42,426 bases of DNA. Source: a virus (Duplodnaviria; Caudoviricetes). The stretch covers positions 1 to 42,426 of IMG/VR virus record IMGVR_UViG_3300027969_000177. One strand, 5' to 3'. The notes below the pieces were generated by a model. The model searched no databases, was not told the origin of the DNA, and saw nothing but the letters and a program-made list of their open reading frames with translations. This document shows positions 35,157-42,426 of this stretch, piece after piece. The position numbers were made by a program, and so were the translations under genes. Positions within the stretch are counted from its first letter, which is position 1, and every line of letters starts with the position of its first letter.

Positions 35157-36737
35157 ATGAGCAACGCAATCCCGCCAATAATGGTGCAAATCGCCGCAGA
35201 CGTATCTCAACTCAAGGCTGGTTTGGCTCAGGCTGAAGCAAGCATAAAAGGAATGAACAGCAGTGTTGCTACCGCAAATACAGGTATGCAAAATATGATG
35301 GCAAGCGCTAAGCGCATGGCAGCAACAATGGGTGTGGCGTTTGCTGCAACTCAAGTTGTTCAATTTGGCAAAGATGTAATTATGTCTGCCAGCAGTATGA
35401 ATGAGTCTATTTCCAAAGTAAATGTTGTGTTTGGTGAGGGCGCAGGCGCGGTTTTGAAATTTGGCGAAGGTGCAGCAAAAGCAATGGGTATGTCTAATCA
35501 ACAGGCTATTGAGGCAGCAGGAACTTACGGCAACCTGTTTCAAGCATTTGGTATTGGTCAAGGCAAGTCTCAAGAGATGTCTACAAGCCTTGTTCAACTT
35601 GCTGCTGACTTAGGATCTTTCAACAACACGTCTACTGATGAAGCGCTGAATGCTTTGCGGTCTGGTTTGTCTGGAGAGACTGAGCCACTGAAGCGCTTTG
35701 GTGTGGCGCTAAATGAAACAACATTGAAAAATAAAGCATTTGAAATGGGCTTTGGCAAGATCAAGGGCGCAATGGATCCTGCAATCAAGGCTCAGGTCAC
35801 ATACGCATTGGTAATGGAACAAACCAAACTTGCTCAGGGCGATTACGCGCGTACAGCAAGCGGTACGGCAAACACAATGAAGACTCTTGGCGCTCAGTTT
35901 GCTGATGCAAAAGTTGCAATTGGTGACGTGCTTCTACCCGCTTTTAACGGGTTGCTGTCGGTGACTGGAATGCTTATTCCAATTATTCAAGGAATGGCTG
36001 ATTATTTCAAAGAGAATTCAGACGCAATCAAAATTTACGCAATTATTATCGGTGGCGCGGTTGCTGCACTTTATTTATACAGAGGCGCTTTGATCGTGGT
36101 AAAAACCACTCAGCAATTGTTTACTTTGGTTATGGCGCTCGCGCGGGGTGCAACCCTTGCTTCTATTGCTTCAACGAATGGATTGGCTGCTTCAATGCTA
36201 TTACTCAATGCCGCAATGCGGGCTAACCCTGTCGGTGTAATTATCACTGCACTTGTCGTACTCGGTGCAGCGTTTGTTTGGGCGTGGAACAAATCTGAAA
36301 CCTTTAGAGGCGTAGTTATTAAAGGCGCTCAGATGATCCTTAAAGCGTTTGCGTTCTTGGTTGAGGGAGTGGGCAAACTATTTGGATTACTGGGCAAAGT
36401 TCCAGGTATGGGTTGGGCAAAATCAATTGCTGGTGGCGCTCAAAAAGCGGCAGATGCTATTAAAAAGACTTCAGACGGTCTATCAAGTCTTAAAGACAAG
36501 AACATCAAGGTTGGCGCTGACGCTAAATTTGGCGGTGGTGGCGGTTTTGATGCAAACAACAAAAACGGGACAAACAATAAAAACGGCACAGGTGGCAACC
36601 TCAACACGGCTGGCAACACAGGCGGATCTAAGAGCGACACTATTCAGTATGTGACTGTCTACGCTTCAAACACAAACGACATTGCCAACAAACTGGCTAA
36701 AGCAGCAAAAAATGGAAAGCCCATAGGTAATAAATAA
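35157..36737 (+). CDS. Tape measure protein (short)
   Basis: LAADLGSFNN...ALRSGLSGETEPLKRFG; ANPVG...WNKSETFR. Confidence 0.88.
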   Translation: MSNAIPPIMVQIAADVSQLKAGLAQAEASIKGMNSSVATANTGMQNMMASAKRMAATMGVAFAATQVVQFGKDVIMSASSMNESISKVNVVFGEGAGAVLKFGEGAAKAMGMSNQQAIEAAGTYGNLFQAFGIGQGKSQEMSTSLVQLAADLGSFNNTSTDEALNALRSGLSGETEPLKRFGVALNETTLKNKAFEMGFGKIKGAMDPAIKAQVTYALVMEQTKLAQGDYARTASGTANTMKTLGAQFADAKVAIGDVLLPAFNGLLSVTGMLIPIIQGMADYFKENSDAIKIYAIIIGGAVAALYLYRGALIVVKTTQQLFTLVMALARGATLASIASTNGLAASMLLLNAAMRANPVGVIITALVVLGAAFVWAWNKSETFRGVVIKGAQMILKAFAFLVEGVGKLFGLLGKVPGMGWAKSIAGGAQKAADAIKKTSDGLSSLKDKNIKVGADAKFGGGGGFDANNKNGTNNKNGTGGNLNTAGNTGGSKSDTIQYVTVYASNTNDIANKLAKAAKNGKPIGNK

Positions 36738-37552
36738 TGAATGACTATTCAGTTACTTTTAACGGGCTAACCATAGGCGCAAACACTTCATACCCTATTG
36801 TTGCTATTGAAGGTTTGGGTGGCACTGCACCTTTGCGTATTCAAGATGACAACCGTGGATACATTGACGGATCGTACACTGGACGCGATTTTTACGATGA
36901 GCGCACTGTGTACATTGACGTGATTGTATTGGGAAATAACAGCACCACAGCGCAGGCTAACTACAAAACCTTGCAGCAAGCATTTGCGCCTCAGTCAATT
37001 GGGTATTACAACGATCCAACAGGGTATACGTCTTCCAGCGAGCAGTTGCAGTTGTTTCAATTTCGTTTGAACGCCAATACAGGCGACAAGCGTATGTACG
37101 GGCGCTCACGCGGTTTGGTTACACCTATCACCCCTGATTTTACTTACGGTTTTATCCGCACTCGCATTCAAATGTCATTTCCAGATCCGCGTTATTACGA
37201 TGACGCAGGAACCACAGTCACAGGCACAATTGCAGGTTTCACTAACAACGGTTGGGCAATCAGTTGCCCTACTATCAACGTGACTACTTCAGCCACAAGC
37301 GGTGAAATAACCAATGGAACGCTCGGATCACCCAATGACGGTTTTACGCACATGTACTTTTCTAACGTTGCTTCAGGACAATTGATGAACGTGGATCTGC
37401 TTTCACGCATTGTTTATTATCAAGGATCTCCAGCGCGCAACGTATTGACGGCTGCATCTAATGGCTGGTTGCAACTCAACCCTTTGACCAGTTCAACATG
37501 GCGTAGTTCAATTGGATCTATGAGTGTGACTTATAGAAACGCGTATGTGTAA
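36737..37552 (+). CDS. Distal tail protein (Dit)
   Basis: Follows the tape measure gene; PDPRYY; ends YRNAYV. Confidence 0.75.
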   Translation: MNDYSVTFNGLTIGANTSYPIVAIEGLGGTAPLRIQDDNRGYIDGSYTGRDFYDERTVYIDVIVLGNNSTTAQANYKTLQQAFAPQSIGYYNDPTGYTSSSEQLQLFQFRLNANTGDKRMYGRSRGLVTPITPDFTYGFIRTRIQMSFPDPRYYDDAGTTVTGTIAGFTNNGWAISCPTINVTTSATSGEITNGTLGSPNDGFTHMYFSNVASGQLMNVDLLSRIVYYQGSPARNVLTAASNGWLQLNPLTSSTWRSSIGSMSVTYRNAYV

Positions 37553-38724
37553 TGGCGCAAGAAGAGTTTAGGTATGTAACCACTAACCTGTATCAGTCAG
37601 GATCCACGCCAAATCCGATTATTTCTGAATTGCCTTTTACTGGCGTAAGTTTTACTCAGCAGTTAAACTCAGTCGGCACTTTTCAAGGTCACGTGCTTTT
37701 GTCAGGCATCAATCCAAGTGCAGCAAACGCCTATAACGGCACAATTCCTGGTAAAACAATTCTTTGGGTGCTTTACACAGATCCAGTGCAAGGCGTAAGT
37801 ATTCCTGTTTGGTCTGGCGTGATTTGGCAACGAGAATACGACTCAGCCTCACAGACTTTAAGTATCACGGCTCAGGAAATGCTAAGCCTGTATAACCGTC
37901 GTCGCATTAGCAGTACCAAAGATTATTCAGTCAATCCTTCAAACGCTAACGGCTACGATCCAATGTACATTGCCTATCAGTTGATGCAATACGCTGAAAG
38001 TTTAACTCACGGCAAAACGGGATTAACTTACAACTCAGACACAAGCCTTTTCAAAACAAAAAAGTTATACGAAGGCTACGAATTGAAGTCTGTTTATCAA
38101 GCAGTCAAAGATCTTGCTGCTTCATTTTTTGATTTTAAGATCTCGCCATTGGTTGATGGCAATGGTCGCCTCATCAACAAGTTCTATTTAGGGGATCCGC
38201 TTGGCGTGACCTATAGTTCTACAAACAGGTATTCCACGGTGTTTCAATTCCCTGGCAATCTAATTGAGTATAAATTCCCAGAAGATGCTTCAGGTGCAGC
38301 AAACAAATTGTACGGGTTGGGCTACGGATCTAACAACACAAAGATTGTTGCAACAGCAATTGACTCAAGCAAAATTGGCTCATCAGGGGATTGGCCATTG
38401 TTGGAAGACTCGGCAAACTACACTGACACGCGCGGTCTTCAATTACTCAAAGACATGACACTGGGGCAACTCAACGCCATTTCCTACCCACCCACTACTG
38501 TTGAAATTGTTATACCAACGTACGTGGATCCAGTGTTCACTTCATACAACATTGGCGATCAGGTGCAGTTGAGAATTCAAGATGACTACTTCCCAAGCAC
38601 TACCAGCCCGTATTACGAAACAATGCGTATTGTTGCAATCAGCGTGTCACCTGGTGAAAATGGTCCATCGCGGGTTACACTCACCCTTACAAGGTTGCTG
38701 TCTACGTTTGGAGTGGTTACATAA
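37552..38724 (+). CDS. Baseplate hub/minor tail protein
   Basis: ELPFTGVSFTQQLN..G; PVWSGVIW; YNIGD; position. Confidence 0.75.
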   Translation: MAQEEFRYVTTNLYQSGSTPNPIISELPFTGVSFTQQLNSVGTFQGHVLLSGINPSAANAYNGTIPGKTILWVLYTDPVQGVSIPVWSGVIWQREYDSASQTLSITAQEMLSLYNRRRISSTKDYSVNPSNANGYDPMYIAYQLMQYAESLTHGKTGLTYNSDTSLFKTKKLYEGYELKSVYQAVKDLAASFFDFKISPLVDGNGRLINKFYLGDPLGVTYSSTNRYSTVFQFPGNLIEYKFPEDASGAANKLYGLGYGSNNTKIVATAIDSSKIGSSGDWPLLEDSANYTDTRGLQLLKDMTLGQLNAISYPPTTVEIVIPTYVDPVFTSYNIGDQVQLRIQDDYFPSTTSPYYETMRIVAISVSPGENGPSRVTLTLTRLLSTFGVVT

Positions 38725-40382
38725 TGGCATTTGTAAATCTTCCACCTAACCTGCAAGACATTTTTTATAGTATTACTGACCGTGTTGCCAAATTGGAGAC
38801 TGGTCCAAATGAGGCTATGTACACGGCGGAATACGCTCAGACAATTGCTTACAGTGCCGCAGATCTTGCGTTGTATTCTCAATCAGTTGCAACCACCGCA
38901 CAAATCCAAGCAATCAACGCTGGAGTTGCAGCAAACGCGGCAGCATCTCAAGCCACCATTGCTCAAACCCAAGCCACTATTGCCTCAACTCAGGCTACAA
39001 CAGCGCAAACATCGGCTAACGGCAAAAGCAGGGTTTGGTATTCAACAGGCACTCCAGGAACTACTGCAAACAATGCTGGTGACATTTGGTATCAATATGG
39101 AACTTCAGGCACTTACGCAAACAAAGTTATAGCGCAGTGGTCAGGCGCAGGCGGTAATTCTTGGACTTCAGTAACAGTATCGGGTCTAATCATAGCCAAC
39201 ATTGACGCGGGTTCAATTACAACAGGAACATTAGACGCAATTGAAATTACAGCGGGTACTGGATCTCAAAAATTTACAGTCAGTTCAACTGGGTATATGT
39301 CTGCTCAAGGTTGCTACATTAAAGGCAACATCACAGCAGACTCAGGAACGTTTACGGGAACTATTAGAGCCAATGCAGGTTATTTTGGTACAGGTACAGG
39401 TGCAACTTTAACTGACGGTTGGTCTATTGGTTCTCAAGGTTTGACTGGCGTTGGCGCTGCCGAAATTACTGGTGGCAAAATTAACGGTTCTGCCATTTCT
39501 ATCGGTTCAAGCGGATCCACTCCATTTACGGTTAGCACCGCTGGAATTATGTCTTGTTCTGGTGCAATCGTCACGGGTCAAATCAATGCCACTTCAGGTT
39601 ACGTTGGATCTGCAACAGCAGGTTGGAACTTTAGATCCAGTGGAGTAATCTCTAACACCGATAACACAACAATTCTTTACCCAACAACAGCAAGCAACGC
39701 ATACGCCTTAATTACCAATCGTTCTATTTCAGCCAATAAATTGCAAGCAAATGCAACTGGAACAGACTCTATTGTCGCAGGTGGAGCCAATTTTGCTGGA
39801 ACTGTAATTATCAATACGACAGAAATGACAAGCACGGCTGAAATTTATAGCGGGTACGGGGTTGTTTCTAGTTGGTCTCCAAACGTAGACAACACATATG
39901 ATTTGGGAAAACTTAATGGAGTGGACGGGGCATCAGTAAATCGTCGCTGGCGTAAAATTTATTCAAACAGCACCACAATCAGTTCATCTGACGCAAGATT
40001 GAAAACTGACGTTGCTGACTCGCCTTTGGGACTTGATTTTATCAATACGCTTAGACCTGTAAATTATCGCTGGATTAACGGCGGAAACACAATTGAAAAA
40101 GATGAAAACGGCGATTACATTATTGAAGGCAAAGACGAAAACGGTAAACCTATTTTCAAAATTACATCAGTGTCAGGAAAACGTTTACATTACGGATTTT
40201 TGGCGCAAGAAGTAAAACAAGCGCTGGACGCTTCAGGGGTTGAGGACTTTGGCGGCTGGGTTCAAGATGATTTGTCAAACCCTGACTCAACTCAGTCTTT
40301 GTCGTATGAGCAATTTATTGCGCCATTGGTCAAAGCGGTGCAAGAACTTTCAAACAGAGTCAAACAACTGGAAGGCAAATAA
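38724..40382 (+). CDS. Tail fiber/spike with C-terminal peptidase S74 intramolecular chaperone
   Basis: SSDARLKTD, LRPVNYRW, HYGFLAQEV, LVKAVQELS. Confidence 0.88.
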   Translation: MAFVNLPPNLQDIFYSITDRVAKLETGPNEAMYTAEYAQTIAYSAADLALYSQSVATTAQIQAINAGVAANAAASQATIAQTQATIASTQATTAQTSANGKSRVWYSTGTPGTTANNAGDIWYQYGTSGTYANKVIAQWSGAGGNSWTSVTVSGLIIANIDAGSITTGTLDAIEITAGTGSQKFTVSSTGYMSAQGCYIKGNITADSGTFTGTIRANAGYFGTGTGATLTDGWSIGSQGLTGVGAAEITGGKINGSAISIGSSGSTPFTVSTAGIMSCSGAIVTGQINATSGYVGSATAGWNFRSSGVISNTDNTTILYPTTASNAYALITNRSISANKLQANATGTDSIVAGGANFAGTVIINTTEMTSTAEIYSGYGVVSSWSPNVDNTYDLGKLNGVDGASVNRRWRKIYSNSTTISSSDARLKTDVADSPLGLDFINTLRPVNYRWINGGNTIEKDENGDYIIEGKDENGKPIFKITSVSGKRLHYGFLAQEVKQALDASGVEDFGGWVQDDLSNPDSTQSLSYEQFIAPLVKAVQELSNRVKQLEGK

Positions 40383-40513
40383 TGGAAAATCAAGTAAACG
40401 TAGATGAGGTACTTGCAGCAATGAGGCAGATAATCGGTAATTTGTCTCAGGAAAATGCCATACTTATGGCTAGAATAAAGGCATTGGATGAAGATTGGAA
40501 GCCAGTGGAGTGA
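40382..40513 (+). CDS. Small coiled-coil protein (43 aa)
   Basis: Own translation MENQVNVDEVL...; TAATG and GTGA overlaps. Confidence 0.55.
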   Translation: MENQVNVDEVLAAMRQIIGNLSQENAILMARIKALDEDWKPVE

Positions 40514-40728
40514 GCGTTAACGAATGGATTGGGTTTGCCGTAGGGGTTTCAACCCTAATTGGCGCAGTTGCGATTGGCGTAAGGCATCTTGTCAAAGGAT
40601 ACTTGGCTGAACTCAAACCCAATTCAGGATCTAGTATGCGAGATGAACAAAACCGACAAGGTGAAATGATCCGCAAACTGGAGTCACGCATTGACGACAT
40701 CTACAGACTATTGGTGGAAAAAGCATGA
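40510..40728 (+). CDS. Membrane protein of the lysis module
   Basis: N-terminal TM helix, PNSGSSMRD, coiled-coil tail. Confidence 0.7.
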   Translation: MSVNEWIGFAVGVSTLIGAVAIGVRHLVKGYLAELKPNSGSSMRDEQNRQGEMIRKLESRIDDIYRLLVEKA

Positions 40729-41177
40729 TTGTTATTGACGCAGCCAAAGGCGAACTTGGCTATCAGGAGACAGGCAACAACGACACAAAGTACGGCAAAT
40801 GGTACGGGCTGAACAATCAGCCTTGGTGCGCAATGTTTGTATCTTGGTGCTTTGCTCAGGCGGATCTATCTGAACTGGTTGCAGCATCAAGCAAAAAGGG
40901 ATTTGCCTCTTGCGACGCAGGCTTGAAGTGGTTTAGCAAAAAAGGCAAGATTGTTCCAGTGGGTCAGGCTCAAGCAGGAGACATTGTGTTCTTCCAATTT
41001 GATACAGACGCGCAGGCAGATCACGTTGGCATTGTGATTAAGAATGACGGCAAAAAGTATCTTTGGTGCATTGAGGGTAATACTTCAGGAGACACCAAAG
41101 GCTCGCAATCCAACGGGGACGGCGTGTACACAAAGAAACGTGCATACTCATTGGTAATGGGCGTAGCACGACCATAG
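40725..41177 (+). CDS. CHAP-domain endolysin
   Basis: QPWCAMFVSW, AGDIVFF, DHVGIV, IEGNT. Confidence 0.9.
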   Translation: MIVIDAAKGELGYQETGNNDTKYGKWYGLNNQPWCAMFVSWCFAQADLSELVAASSKKGFASCDAGLKWFSKKGKIVPVGQAQAGDIVFFQFDTDAQADHVGIVIKNDGKKYLWCIEGNTSGDTKGSQSNGDGVYTKKRAYSLVMGVARP

Positions 41178-41189
41178 AGAGGGCAGGAC

Positions 41190-41429
41190 ATGGACTCAGT
41201 AATGAAATCAGTAATTAAATCTTATTTGCGTGGCGTGTTGGTTGCGATTATCCCGCTTGTGACAATTCATAACACAGACATCTGGGCATACGCGGTTGCA
41301 GTTTTGGCAGGCGTGGTTAGCCCTGCTTTGCGCGCTATGGACAGCAAGGATCCAGCGTTTGGAATGATTGCTGACGTGGTAGACGCAGAAACAGACAAGT
41401 TGGCTAAGAAGACAACAAACAAGAAGTAG
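41190..41429 (+). CDS. Putative holin
   Basis: Two hydrophobic segments, basic C-terminus, follows the endolysin; its 3' end is repeated at 1-90. Confidence 0.65.
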   Translation: MDSVMKSVIKSYLRGVLVAIIPLVTIHNTDIWAYAVAVLAGVVSPALRAMDSKDPAFGMIADVVDAETDKLAKKTTNKK

Positions 41430-42426
41430 CAAAAATAAAGTTCAACCGCCAGCGTGTCGTGCGTTGGCGGTTGTTTCTTTTTGCGTTACTATTTTCTCAG
41501 GGGGCAAACCATGACGCTGAAAGACCGATTTGCGCAGGCTGACGTTCATCAACCTTGCGCCTATATGATTACCGTAAACGCAATGACGCCAGAAGATCAA
41601 AAGGCGCTCGCTGAGGCTTGGGATAAAGGAATGTCACAGCGCACCATTTTGCGGGTTTTGCGCGCTGAGGGTTACAAAACAAGCAATGAAGCGATCATGG
41701 CTCACAGAAAAGGTGAGTGCAAATGCGTCAAGTAGACAAAGTGTTGAGTGACAGGGAGTTAGAATACGGCTCAGCCCACAGGAACTTTGCGCAAGCAGGC
41801 AGAGGTTGGGGTGCTTTACTTGGTATTGACGACATACCTGCTTGGAAAGTTGCACTGATGTTGGATTTTTTTAAGTCAATACGTTGTTCAGTAAACCCAG
41901 CACATGAGGATAGTTGGATAGACAAACAGGGTTACACTCAGCATGGATTAGAGATTGCGATGACAGATGAGCCTTGAAGAACAGTTTAAGAATATGCCTG
42001 AAGAAATTGAAAGTCAGGACGTAAAAGAATTACGCCAAGCCCTAATGCGGTTGCAGAAACAGTTGCGTCAATCCAAAGAGCGCACTCAAGATCTAGTTGA
42101 AGCATCACATCAAGCAGCCTACGACGCCATGCTAACAATGGGCAAAATCCAACCCGTTGCCGCACCTGCCGTAGACAAACGCAAAGCCAAAGGTGAAGTT
42201 GCTTTGTGGCACATGACGGATTGGCAAGGCGCTAAACGAACCACTTCATACAATAGCGAGATTATGCGCAAACGTGTTTTGGAGTTTTGCGAGAAGGCTG
42301 TGCGCATTACAGAAATCCAGAGAGCAGATCACCCAGTCAAAGATGTGACAATATGTTTTGGCGGGGACATGGTTGAAGGTCTATTCAATTTTCCAACACA
42401 GGCATTTGAAGTTGATGCAACTTTGT
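41340..42426 (+). repeat. Terminal direct repeat, copy 2 (allelic copies of the 172 and 384 genes and the 5' part of the 628 gene)
   Basis: Gap-free match to 1-1087, about 94% identical by hand count. Confidence 0.97.

Noticed and set aside
41340-42426. Diverged repeat as a DGR template/variable repeat pair
   Set aside because: Substitutions are not adenine-specific, are mostly at third codon positions, and no reverse transcriptase is present.

Overview
The window is an apparently complete, circularly permuted tailed (siphovirus-type) phage genome of about 41.3 kb. Bases 1-1087 recur at 41340-42426, but with about 60 substitutions. WhiB, an actinobacterial-type SSB and an SLT-like transglycosylase, together with a GC content in the mid-40s %, point to a low-GC actinobacterial host such as the freshwater acI/Luna lineages (inference). 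Gene order: nucleotide/recombination genes, Cas4-like nuclease, WhiB, replication initiator with iterons, RusA, a cluster of small accessory genes behind a duplicated promoter cassette, HNH, SSB, a DNA-modification operon, terminase, a giant collagen-like fiber, an inverted three-gene cassette, portal, MuF-ADP-ribosyltransferase, head genes, tail genes and lysis genes. I saw no integrase, repressor, DNA polymerase, DNA methyltransferase, thymidylate synthase/dUMP hydroxymethylase or tRNA. The top finding is the operon at 11.8-15.6 kb: ParB, TET/JBP dioxygenase, amino acid:DNA transferase (aGPT-Pplase2), FAD oxidoreductase and 5hmU-DNA-kinase-like P-loop kinase. It looks like a complete thymine hypermodification pathway working entirely on replicated DNA, with a TET/JBP enzyme replacing the nucleotide-pool route to 5-hydroxymethyluracil. 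The genome also shows roughly twofold GATC enrichment in the part I counted. All family calls come from motifs recognised by eye, not from database searches.
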